Shown piece after piece: positions 26,350 through 38,858 of a stretch of DNA of 64,000 nt; within the stretch, counting starts at the first letter, position 1; every line of letters starts with the position of its first letter. The translations under genes and the position numbers were made by a program. The stretch is taken from the NCBI RefSeq assembly GCF_963921235.1, contig NC_086097.1:214584001-214648000 (forward strand), read 5' to 3'. The notes under the pieces are model-generated. The model saw only the letters and a list, made by a program, of their open reading frames with translations, was not told the DNA's origin and made no database searches. Origin of the DNA: Mobula hypostoma. Taxonomy: Eukaryota.

Positions 26350-26860
26350 GGAAGAACCACCAGCTGTGTCTGTCCACAAAAATCCAGATGCACAGGGCTG
26401 CCATCGTCACAGCACTGTTATACGGCTTCAAAGCCTGGTTCTTGTACCGCAAGCAGATCTGGTTGCTCGAGCGCTTCCATCAGCGCTGCCTCCGCTCCAT
26501 CGTGGGCATCAGCCGGCAGGATCGTGTATCCAACAATGAGATCCTGGAGAAGGCTCAACTTCCAGCAGAGAAGCCACTTTGCTGCTCAGGCAGCTCTGCT
26601 GGCCAGGCCATGTGTCTCGCATGGACAACTCCAGGCTGCTGAAAGCAGTACTCTACGGAGAACTCTCTCAGGGTAATAGAGATAGTGGTGCCCTGTGCAA
26701 GAGGTACAAAGACCAACTTAAGCAGCAGCTGCTTCAAGCAAAATCAAAGTCAACGAGTGGCAGCAGCTGGCTTGTGACAGAGGCCGCTGGAGAACGCTGA
26801 TCCGCGGAGCAGCCAAGAATTTTGTGGAATCCAGAAAAGCGACTACTGAAGGGAAGCGGA
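26350..26860 (+). mobile_element. RTE-clade LINE C-terminal fragment
   Basis: STKIQ..RA.IV..LLYG..AW..YRKQ...LERFHQRCLRSI.GI..QDRVSN.EIL, then QL.W.GHV.RM...RL.K.VLYGEL. Confidence 0.85.
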
Positions 26861-28212
26861 GAAACGGCTTGGCCCCTGCAGGGGAGTGTGGTATGAGCTA
26901 TTGTTTGACGGTTACTGGGGCGGACTTGAAGTTGATTCGATGAGGCAGAACTCAGGCATGGTGAGCGGAGGCGATGCAGAGTCGAGGCGGTGGGGCCTGG
27001 GACCGAGCAAGGAAAGACCTGAAGTGTGATGGATTTAAGCACTGCGCCGAATTGGCAAGTTTGGCTATAGGCCAAGTCGAGGCAGCTGGGCCTGGGCCCA
27101 AGAGCGTATTGAAGCAGCAGGGCCTGGGTCTGAGAGCCAAGAACAACCTGGATTGAGGAGGTCAGGGTGTCGGGGCTGGAGGCGAGGAATGGGCTGGTTC
27201 AGCTCCCTATTCTGTGAGGTTTACTTGTCTCTGTGCTGAACTATGGGACTCCCTTGTGGATTTCATTTCAGAAACACTATTTGCTTGTGATTACTGTTTG
27301 CATGATGTCTTTTTTTATTGCACATTGGGTGTTTGATGGTCTTTTTATGGGTTCTTTTATTTCCTTATGGGTTCTTTTTTATGGGCAAGATATGTTTTTA
27401 TTCTCTGCACATTGAGTGTTAGACAGTTTTTATATATAAATAAATGTATGTGTGTATGTATATAGTAATTATTTTTCAGGCTGTTTGTTTCGTGGCTGCC
27501 TGTTACGAGATGAATCTCAAGGTTGTATAACGTATACATTCCTGGATGATAAATGAACTTTGAAATTCTGGGCCATTATTTTATCTGAAAGACTGAAGAG
27601 TTGATTATTTCAAACCATTACTTGCATATCAATTCTGTTGAAGGACTGCTGGAAATTCCTGCAGGTAAAGCTACTTTAGATAAATTGACAATGCTCAAGG
27701 TGGTGGATATTTGGAATGAGCTGCCAGAAACAGTTGTTGAGACAGGCTCACCAGCAACATTTAGACACCATCCAGATAGATGCACAGATATGTGGGCAGA
27801 TGTGACCAACTCGCTGGGCAACATGGTCAGTATAGATGAGTTGGACTGAAGGGCTTATTTCTGTACTGTATGACACTATATGTAAGAAACACTTGAAGTG
27901 ACTTAACAATACAAAGCGATGTGTGAATGCACAGTTTAGATTTAAGATTGTTCTGTTATTCTTCAGAACACCAGTGTAAAGGAGAACGAAATGATTGTTA
28001 CTTTGGATTCAATGCAGCATAAAAACACTAAGCATAAAGAGCACAATAAAAACACAAACAATATTAACACATTAGCTCATATACATAGGTTAATTGTACA
28101 TGAAGTGACACTAGACTCAATGATTCAGGAACAGCTTCTTCCCCTCTGCCATCTGATTTCTGAATGGACATTCAAGGCATGAACACCACCTTACTACCTT
28201 TTTATTTCCTAT

Positions 28213-28723
28213 TTAGATTATGAGGACACGCAGTCCTCTTTTATTGTCATTTATTAATGCATGCATTAAGAAATGATACAATGTTTTTCCAGAATGATAT
28301 CACGAAAAACACATGACAAACTGACTTAAAAACTAACAAAAACCACATTATTATAACATATAGTTACAACAGTGCAAAGCAGTACCGTAATCTGATAAGA
28401 ACAGACCATGGCACGGTAAAAGTCTGTCTCTCAAGTCCAATCATCTCACACAGATGGTAAACCTCCAGCGCCGCCAACTTGCCGACACAGCATCCTGGAA
28501 GCATCCGACCACAGTCCGACTCCAAGTCCGTCCGAAAACTCCGACCAGCTCTCCGGCACTGAGCACCATCTCTGCCGAGTGTTTCAACCCTGACAAAAGG
28601 CAGTAGGCAAAGCCGAGGATTTGGGGCCTTTGTCTCCGGAGATTCTCGATCACACAGTGGCAGCGAAGCAGGCATTTCAGAAGTTACTCCAGGTGTTCCT
28701 CTGCTTCTCACAGCTGTCTCCAT
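28213..28723 (-). mobile_element. 5'-truncated copy of a ~600-bp non-coding retroelement family (see 42950-43586)
   Basis: Reverse complement is colinear with 43053-43575. Confidence 0.8.
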
Positions 28724-28865
28724 AATTTTTGCACTACTTACAGTATATATAGTTAAATACTGTATGTACTAAGGGAACAAGCAACCTTCTGATTTAACAC
28801 CTCAACCCAAAGACAGCATCTGTGATAATGTGGCACTCCCTCATTGTTTAAATAAGAACTTCTAA

Positions 28866-29765
28866 GTTCAAAGTTCAAGGTACATCTGTTAACAAAGTAA
28901 GTATAAATTATACAACCTTGAGATTCATTTGCTTACAGGCAGCTGCAAAACAAGAAACTCAAAAGAACCCAGGTGAAAAGAAGACCAACACACAGTGCAC
29001 AGAAAGAAAAAAGACCAGATCAAATCAAATTGTGCGAACAATAAAGCAAGCATCAGCATTCAGAACAAAATTGAGTCCATAAACCCGAAGCCGGGAGCAG
29101 CCGAAGTAGGTCCATAGTCTTAGTCTCAGTCTATCACACGGAGGCAAATTGCCACGAAGTTTACAAACATGAAACCCGGAGCAGCTGGGCCACAGCCCAG
29201 CCTCAGTCCTGAAGAGAGTGGAGTAGAACATCGCAGAGCAGTACCTGCTTGACACTCGCCTTCGGTCCTGACACCCTGCCTTTTCAGTCCAGTTGGCCCT
29301 CCGTTTAAATTGTCCAAGCACCGGTTCATCCCCCAAACTCTGGCCTGGGTCCCACCGCAGCGATACGCTCTAGGCCAGTTCCGGCCCATCCTTGACCATT
29401 GCAAATCCACACAGCGTTTACATGCATCAAACCTCGCTCTCGGTTTAGGGGGACAGGCTCCGAAACAGCTCCACTTTAGCTCTTCTGCACTCCGTTTGTT
29501 CCAACCACATCTCCGATTCCACCTGTAACTCCAACTCCATCTTCTCCTGGAATGTGCCTCGACCTCGCTCTGGCTCTCTCGCAACCGCACGCCTCCGCCC
29601 TCAGATCAGCCTCGCCTTTGCTTGCCACCTCATTGTTTGCAGTGATTGTTTACCACAACTTTCCATATAGAAACTGTTATTAATAGAGTAATTAGTTGGA
29701 TACCTTGCCTTGCGAACCATCAGTAAGCTGTCGCCCACGTTAGGTGGCGGCATCTTAAACCGGAA
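28866..29765 (-). mobile_element. Non-autonomous LINE-derived element with a Rex1-like 3' UTR (TTGAAC tail) and a GC-rich 5' part
   Basis: The minus strand starts TTCCGGTTTAAGATGCCGCC and ends gaactttgaactt. Internal segments resemble 26880-27565 and 35920-36590. Confidence 0.55.
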
Positions 29766-31929
29766 AGTTGATATTCTTTTGCAGTCACCTGACTGGGAAT
29801 AACACACAACACATAACCTTTAGACTCCATGGCAAGAGTGCCACCAACAGAACCAAAAGTGAATGTGGAGTGATGTGACAGAAGAGATTACAATCACCAA
29901 GTGCAAAGAAGGCAAATAGAACCCAGGGATATCCATTCTTCAACACTGCAAATAATGGCTCCTTTCCACTGGGCAGCAGCAGATTTGTTTAGGAATGAGC
30001 ATTTACTAACCATCCAGCAATATAACCGTTGTGAAGAGCCAGAATACTGAAACTATTGTATGAGGACTTAAAAATTGGGGGGAAAAAAATTAACAAGAAC
30101 TGAATATTTTGAAGCAGCCTGACAGATGCAAGTGCTAATTATAGCTGGACATTTGCATTGCACTTTTGACTGAAAATGGATTTTGACAAAATGCTTTTCA
30201 CCACATGGTAAGTGAAGACCTAGCTGGATGAAATTCAGGGATCCTGCTTGTTACCTACGATAGTGAGCTACTGAACGAGAGGCCTTCAAAGATGGGCAAT
30301 TTTAATTTCAGAGTCTAAAATACTTTGCTGGAGGATCCAGATGATACTCGTATTTACATGGATATAAAATGAAGAACTCAGCAAATGACAAGCCTCATCT
30401 ATCTCATCTCACATTGAAGGTTTAGAAGAAAGCAAATTTATTGCAGCACAACCACAGAACTCAATGAGAAGAAGAGAAAAATGAGTTACCATCAATTTAA
30501 TCTTAAAGAGTGATATAATTATATACCACACTCATTCAGAAAACATCAGACATCAGTGAACAAAGTTTCAAAAACATGAATTTTAAAACAGAGCAGTTTA
30601 AAGGAAGATTACAACTCTATCCATATCACGGGCACCGGCCTACCTGCTGTCAAGGACACATACAGGAAGGTGCCGGAAAAAGGCAAGCAATATTATGAAG
30701 GATCCCACCCACCCTGCTCATCGACTGCTTGTCCCATTCCCATCAGGGAAGAGGCCACACAGTGTCCACACCAAGACCACGAGACTCAAAATTAGTTGCT
30801 TTCACCAAGCCTGATCAACATCTCCACCTATTAACATACCCCATCACACTCCCCACCACCACCACTTTATTATTCCCTGTCAGAATCGCTTTAAGGGCAT
30901 CAAAGGTTATGGTGAGAAGGCAGGGGAGTGGGACTAAATGGCAGAATGGATCAGCTCATGATAAAATGGCGAAGCAGACTCGACGGGCCGAATGGCCAAC
31001 TTCTGCTCCTTTGTCTTATGTACAGATACTCTCAGAATCAGGTTTAATATTTTGGCGTATGTTGTGAAATTTGATTTTGCAGCAGCAGTACAATACAATG
31101 CATGATAATAGAGGGGAAAAACTGAATTATAGTAAGTGTACATAGTATATATAAAATAGTTATATTAAATACTGTAGGTTAATGCAAAGGAAAACAATAC
31201 TGCAAAGAAAAAAATCTACCCACCCAATATTATTAAAACTCTCTCTTGTTACTCTTTGTGGATCATTGTGAATTGGCAACAATACCTACACCTCAGCTAT
31301 CGTTTATTGCCGGGTATACACTTTGGTTGATCGTTAAAGGATACATGCAAATGCTGCTTTTAATCCTTTGATCAGCTGAGAACTGACAAAATGGAACCCA
31401 GCTGTTCTGCATAGATTTGAGTGGCAGGCAGCCAGCCAACCTTGGCAAGTGAATAATATCATTTGTGTTAATGCCACAAGCTGTTTCAAGGAATCAAGAT
31501 CTTCTCAGATATTAGATTATGATGAATAATTCATAATGAATAAGATCTTGCAGGGGAATGCTCAGAGCCTCAAGATTCCCTAATATATACACACACAAAC
31601 GTAGATAACCTAATGATTCTCCAGCGTCTTCTTTGCTGAACTACAATACTGGACACAGAAGCCACCATCAGGAATGTAGTTAGAGTAGTTTTCAATTGGG
31701 GATCTAGGATTCCTATAAAAATCTGCTGCAAGCTAGATCAGATGCAGGAATAATGCCAGTATTTACTTGATTGGAGAAATGCTAAAAGGGACCCAGATAA
31801 GCATGAGGTAACATTTTATTCTGAAATTATGTTAGATAAGGTCAAAATTTTTTTTTCATCTTAGAATTCCAGTTTTTGAGGAAAATTGTGTGAATCTCTA
31901 CCATTTCCAAGTGAACATAATTGTATTTT

Positions 31930-34900
31930 CACCCAGAATCTTCTCCAGCAGCCTCCCTATTTCTGATCTAAGGCTCACCGACCTGTCAGTCCAGGCTGGT
32001 CCCTGCTCTCCATTTTGAAGAAGGGGAAAACATTAACCAACCTACAGTCTTCTGATATTCACCCATGGTAGAAATTTCTGTCAGAGTCCCAGCAATCTCC
32101 TCCCCTGTTTCTTTAGAGTCCTGAGATAAAGCCCTCTGGCCCGAATAAGCTCCAATATTTCTAGCACTACCTTCTTCCTGATACAGATATGCTCCAGAAT
32201 ATCAATGTACATCTCCCTTAACTCTCTAGCCTCCAGTACCTCTTTCCCTTCTGCACCACTGACCCAGGCTCAGCGCCAGTAACCCGGTCTCTGTGGCATT
32301 CCCCTGGGATGTCATCCCTCATAACAGTATCCAAAGCGGTATACTTGTTATTGAAGGGAACGGCCATGGGTGCTCTGCGCCAATTGCCTCTTCCCCTTCC
32401 CATTCCTTCTCCTGACACTCACCCAACTATCTGCCTCCTGCAACTGAGGGGTGACTACTTCCCTGTAACTCTGATCGATGATCTCCTGTTTCTCCCAAGC
32501 CATCTGAAGCTCATCCAGCTGCTGCTGCAGATCCCTAACACGGTCTTTAAGGAGCAGCAACTGGATACACTTCATGCAGATGTCGTTCCCTGGGACACTC
32601 TGGGTCTCCCAGGCCTCCGACATCTGGCGTGAAGAACACACAATGACCATTTAAACTACACACTAAGAAAAAAGGGAAACTTAACAGAAACTTACCTGGC
32701 CAACTTACCCAGAGCCAATGCCTCTCCTAAGCTGAAGCCTTCTTTGAGCCAAACCCTGACGCTCCCACTCTGACCACTGGCCAACTCCCAATAGTGACCA
32801 CTCCGCTGTTCCTTCTGTACTTTTACTTACTTCTGTCTACGCTGCCGGAATGATGTTGAACACCTGCGCTCTCCTTTTAAACACGTGCCGCCAACCTGCG
32901 AGTGCGGGTAGAAACAGGATGATTGGGCAGATAAATGCGTGGCTAAGAATCTGCTGCAGGGGGCAGGGCTTCAGGTTCTTAGATCATTGGGATCTCTTCT
33001 GGGGGAGGTAATACCTGTACGAAAGGGACGGGTTGCACCAGAACCCAAGGGGGACCAATATTCTTGAGGGCAGGTTTGTTAGAGCTTTTGGGAAGAACTT
33101 AAACTAATTTGGCAGGGGTATGGGAACTAAAGTGAAGGGTCTCCGTAAAGGACGGATTGTGAAAAAACAAGGATTGCGTGCAGTCAGACTGTCGAGAAGG
33201 GCAGGCAGATGCTGGCTGCAATTCTGTCCTATCAAGGTGAGTATCAGTGCCTAGGGGATGCAGAATCAAAAAGAGTAGCAAGTACAGTACTCAGTGTTAA
33301 ATTTCAATGCATAGAATATAAGAAATAAGGTGGATGATCTTATTGCACTTGTACAGATTGCTGTGTATGATGTTGTGGTCATCACTGAATCGTGGTTGAA
33401 GGATGGTTGTAGTTGGGAGCTGAATGTCTGGGGTTAAACATAGTAATACTCTTTCAAAAATCATTGGACACTAGCATGGTTCTGGAAAACTGGAAAATTG
33501 CGAATGTCACTCCACTCTTTAAGAAATTATGGAGGTAGCAGAAAGGAAATTATAGACCAGTTAGCCTGACCTCGGTGGTTGGGAAAATGTTGGAGTCAAT
33601 TGTCAAGGATGAGGTTATGGAGTATCTAGTGACACAGGACAAGATGGGGCAAATTCAGCATGTTTTCTTTAAGGGAAAATCTTGCCTGATGACTCTGTTG
33701 GACTTCTTTGAGGTGACTACATGTAGTTTAGATAAACGGGATGCAGTGGATGTTGTATATTTGGATTTTTAGAAGGCCTTTGACAAGGTGCCACAATGTG
33801 CCACACATGAGGCTATATACCAAGATAAGAGCCCATGATGTTAGGAAAGTTACTAGCATGGTTAGAGGATTGCCTGATTAAGTCCTTGAACTCAAACACT
33901 TGCAACTTGTTCTATTTAAAAACTGCTTGCTCTCTCAGTATGGTGTAGTATCTAATGTTCACATAAGTGCACATGATTGACGATAGCTTTAAAAACTTTT
34001 CCGCAAGTCTCCTGTCCCAATTAAACGGCATAGTATCCGAAATAAATGGAGGGAATCCCGCTATTTCCTCGGTAAGTTTTAACTCTTTAAGAGTTGACCC
34101 AAATAAGTGCCTGCCCCAGTAATCCATTGGCCCAATTAACCAGATTCTACTGAACATCACACAATAGGGCAAAGTCAGTACTCTTTTGTTAAGGGGACAT
34201 CTTGCCTGAAAAATCTGTTAGAATTCTTTGAGGAGGTAATGAACAAGTTAGGCAAGTGAGAGTTGATGGATTTTATTTGCTTTGATTTTCAAAAGGCTTT
34301 TTTTGATATGGTACCGAACACAAGTCTGATAAACAGGATGGAACCTATGGTGTTCGAGACATAGTAGATGCTGAGATTGAAGACTGGCTGACTGGCAGAA
34401 GTCAGAGAGTGAGGATAAATGGGTCGTTTTCAGGATAGCTGCTGGTGACTAGTGGAGATCCTTGGGGATCAGTATTGGGCCTGCAACATCTTACTTTATA
34501 CACAAACTATCTGGTTGAAAGATTTGATGCCAACTTCACAGTTGATACCAAGATGGGTAAAGGGACAACTGTTGTCACAGAGACAGGGAGTCTGCAGAAG
34601 AACTTGGACAGGTTGGGAGAATGGGCAAAGAAGTGGCAGATGGAATAAAGTTTAGGGAAGTGAGGGATTGTGCACTTTGGTAGAAAGAGTACAGCTGTAA
34701 ACTTTTATAAATAGGGAGCAAATTCAGAAGGGAGAAGTAGAAAGGGACTTGTACATCTTGGGTCAGGATTCCCTGAAGACTAACTTGTAGATTGAGTTGG
34801 TAATAAAGAAGGCAAATGTAATCTTAGCATTCACTTCAAGAGAACTGGAATGTAAATGCAAGCATGAACTGCTGGGATTTTATAGGGTGTTGATACGGCT

Positions 34901-35300
34901 ACATCTGGAATATTGTGAGCAGTTCTGGGTCCTATATCTAATGAAAGATATGCTGGCCTTGGAGAGGTGATTTACAAGAATGATACTGGGAACAAAAGGC
35001 TTAATGTTTGGTGTCTCTGGGCTTGCACTTGATGGAATTCAGAAAGGTGAAGGGTTCTCATTGAAACCTCCTGAATGCTGTAAGGATTCAGGGGGGAAGG
35101 GGCATTGAGAGGGTGTTTTCATTAGTGGGACAGTCTAGGATCCAAGTATATTTAAGGCAGAGATTGATAGAATTTTGGGCAAGAGGATTAAGGGTTGCAG
35201 ATGAAGGTGGGAAAATGGGGTTGAAAAAAATTAACAACGATTCAATGGTGCAGCAGACGTGATGGACTGAATGGCCTTATTCTACTCCTATATACTATGG
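31930..35300. mobile_element. Cluster of CR1 pieces: minus-strand 5' UTR/ORF1 (to about 32900), then plus-strand ORF1 end and ORF2 fragments
   Basis: Minus: CSS.QM.E...PGNDICMKC zinc finger. Plus: FLDHWDLFW (ORF1 esterase region), VVGKMLESI, DVVYLDF, EYCEQFW and a CR1 3' end near 35300. Confidence 0.75.
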
Positions 35301-36629
35301 TAATTTCAAGGCCCCTTTTTGCCCTCTGAATTTCTTCCTTAAATGTTCCCTAGTATTCCTCATTTCGTTCAAGTGGTAACAATTCAGAATCGGGTTTATT
35401 ATCACCGGCATGTGACGTGAAATTTGTTAACTTAGCAGCAGCAGTTCAATGCAATTCATAATCTAGCAGAGGAAAAAAAAAAAAAATAAAACATAATAAA
35501 TTTACGTATATTCAATAGATTATTTAAAAAATGTGCAAAAACAAATACTGTATATTAAATGTAGTGTCCAAAGCTTCAAAGTCCATTCAGGAATCAGCTG
35601 GCAGAGGGGAAGAAGCTGTTCCTGAATTGCTATGCATAATACATACTACGCCCTCCTTTTCCCTAATAAAACCTTCCACGCTCTTCACTGGTGCATATCT
35701 TGGGGGTCTCCTGGCATTGGCTGAACCTGCAGTGTGGCGACTGCAAGGAATGTCCTACCTATGACACCTTCTGACCTTCTGTATGCTTCAGAGTAATTGC
35801 AGCTGCTGCTTCAGCCTGAAATTTCCCTTTCGGAGTTGAGCTTTCGAATTGCCTGTTAGATGAGGTATTTTTGGGGTGTGAACTGAACTCCCAAAGGTAC
35901 AGGATAGTTGTCACTTGGTGACGGGGCTCAGGCCTGAGAGTGAGGAACAAGCCAATGTTTGGCCATTGTTGGAGTGGACAGAGCTGAGTCAAAGCGGCAG
36001 ATCCAAGGCAAGGCAGAGTCGAGACAGTGGGGCCTGGGCCTGAGAGTGAGGAATGAGCTGATAGCTGACTGATTTAAGCGCCAGGTCAGATTGGAAAGGT
36101 TGGATATGGGCCGAATTGAGGTGGGGGCTTCAGGCCTGAGAATGCATTGAAGCAGCAGGGCCTGGGTCTGAGGAGAGCGAGGAACAACTCGATATTTGGC
36201 CGATTTAAAAGCCGTGTCAGGTTGAAACGGTCTGGGTGTCAGGACTAGAGGCAAGGGACAGGTTGGTGTTCGGCTCACTGGTCTGGGAGGTTTACTTGTC
36301 TCTGTGCTGAACTGAGGCCGTGGCCTGCAACTAACAGGCTCCTGAGCTGGCTGCAGGGATGACTGGCTTTGTGGCTGTGATCTCACTTCCGTGAACTTTA
36401 GTTCTGAATGTTATTTGCTTACTTTTTATTGTTTGCATGATTTTGTTCTTTTTATCCACATTGGGTGTTTGATGGTCTTTTTTAAATAGGTTCAATTGTG
36501 TTTCTTCATTCTGCGGCTGCCCGTAAAGAGACAAATCTCAGAGACGTATATAGTATTCATACTTTGATAATAAATGTACTTTGAACTTTGACCCATGAAG
36601 CCTGTGAGGAGCTGTACCTGGAAACATTT

Positions 36630-37860
36630 TTCAAAGTAAGTTTATGATCAAACTACATATATATGTCATAAACATCTGAGATTCATTTTCTTGTGAGCAT
36701 TCACAGTAAATACAAGAAACACAATAGAATTAATGAAAAAACACACCCAACAGGACAAACACATAACTAATGTGCAAAAGGCAAGAAACTTTTCAAATAC
36801 AAAAAAAATAAATAAGCAATAAATATCAAGAATATAAGATGTAAAGTCCTTGAAAGTGAGTTCATAGGTTGTGGGAACAGTTCAGTGAAGGGGTGAGTGA
36901 GGTTATCCCTTCTGGTTCAAGAGCTTGGCTGAGGACCGTGTTTCTGAACATGGTGGTGTAAGTCCTGAGAGCCCTGTGCCACCTCCCTGATGGCAGCAGT
37001 GAGAAGTGGGCGTGGCCTGGATGGTGGGGCTCCGTGACGATGGATGCTGCTTTCATGCGACTGTGCTCCAGTGTTCAACAGTGGGCGGGTGTTACCCGTA
37101 ATGGGCTAAGTGGTATCCACTACCTTTTGGTAGGGTTTTCTGTTCAAGGGCATTGGTGGTTCCACTCCACGCCTTGACGCAACCAGTCAATATACTCTGC
37201 ACTGCACATCTATAGCTCTAGATGACATGCTGAATCTTTGCAAACTTCTGAGAAAGTAGGTGTGCTGCTGTGTTTTCTTCATAATGGCACTTGCGTGCTG
37301 GACCTAGGACAGATCCTCTGAAATGATAACACAAAGGAATTAAAAATTTCTGACCCTCTCCACCTCCGATTCCCCTGAAGTCCAGTTTCCTCCTGAAGTC
37401 TCTAATCAGCTCCTTGTTCTTGCTGACATTGACTGAGCGGTAGTCATTATGGCACTACGCAGCCAGATTTTTGATCCCTTCTTTTAAGCTAATTTCTCAC
37501 CACGTAAATATGGCATAGCTGTTGGACATCTGATGTCTCCCTGCTCTCCCGTGTTTCACAAGGGGAACACACCACTTTGCTGCCTGCCAAATCAAGTTGA
37601 GTTGATTGTCATATGCATAAGTAGATTTAGGCGCAGGTGCAATGAAAAACTCTTATATGCTGATTTGTCACCACCGCTGATTCAGCTAACAATAGTTGTC
37701 AGCAAACTTAAATATGGCCTTAGAGCTGTACCTAGTCTGTCAGCCCTGTGGTGCACCTGTGCTGATGTGACCATGGAGGAGAAGTTGTTGCTAATCCAAA
37801 ATTACTAGAGTCTGCAAGTGAGGATATTGCAGATCCAGTTCCACAAGGAGGCATTATCCC
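36630..37860 (-). mobile_element. Rex1/Babar LINE 3' fragment
   Basis: HHPGHAHFSLLPSGR.HR.LRT.TT.FRN motif and the matching 3' UTR. Confidence 0.7.
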
Positions 37861-38623
37861 TTATCAGTTTCCTGGGTATTACTATTTACTAGAAACCCTC
37901 TGGAACAGTGGCATAGATATTGTGGCTACAAAATATTGGACAGGGGCTGCTCTTCTGAATCAATTTACTCATCTCCTGGCACTCCAAAATCTTATCACTG
38001 TCCGCGAGGAATAAATATAGAGAGTTATGGAATATTGTTGTCTTGCCTGAATATGTAACTCTAACAACCCTCAGTAGATTCGTATCATTCAGGACAAAGT
38101 AATTGACTTTATTGATACCCCATTCACTGCACTAAATATTCATTTCCTTCACTAGCTGCAATATGTATAATGTACAGAACAGACTCTAGTGACTGTCCTT
38201 GGCTCCTATTTCAGCAACATTTCCCAAACTGTTGGTCTCTGCCACCAAGGACAAGAGTAGCAGTTGGACCACTAAGTCTGCTACTTGTGTGCTCTCCACT
38301 ACGTGACTTGTAAATATATTGCAATTCTTTTATCTTCACTGGCTCTAAATCCTCAAGCCAAATCTTGTCAGCACAAAGATGCAAATTAGGATCCAGCTGA
38401 ATACTGGCTTTTCAAAGGCCAGTTCAGTAGGTTACACTGTGTAATCCTTGCAATGGTGCATTACAGCTAGTCTTACAACCCTGGAAATGGCTGTTTTGTT
38501 TATTTTATGGGTCTTCAGGGATATAGTATGAATGTAATGCCCATATCCCCAAAAAATTGAAATGTATATAAAAATGTACAAAACAAAAACAGTGATATTG
38601 AGTTCTAAGGAGATTTTACGTTA

Positions 38624-38858
38624 AACATAGAAACATAGAAAGTAGGTGCAGGAGTAGGCCATTCGGCCCTTCGAGCCTGCACCGCCATTTATTATGATCA
38701 TGGCTGATCATCCAACTCAGAACCCCGCCCCAGCCTTCCCTCCATACCCCCTGACCCCCGTAGCCACAAGGGCCATATCTAACTCCCTCTTAAATATAGC
38801 CAATGAACTGGCCTCAACTGTTTCCTGTGGCAGAGAATTCCACAGATTCACCACTCTT
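38624..38858 (-). mobile_element. Young CR1 3'-end fragment (near-identical copy at 57844-58006)
   Basis: (AAACATAG)n tail and ggtgcaggagtaggccattc shared by both copies. Confidence 0.8.

Noticed and set aside
33880..34180. Possible Tigger/pogo-type MITE between CR1 pieces
   Set aside because: Only one putative terminal sequence is visible, with no matching TIR or TA duplication.
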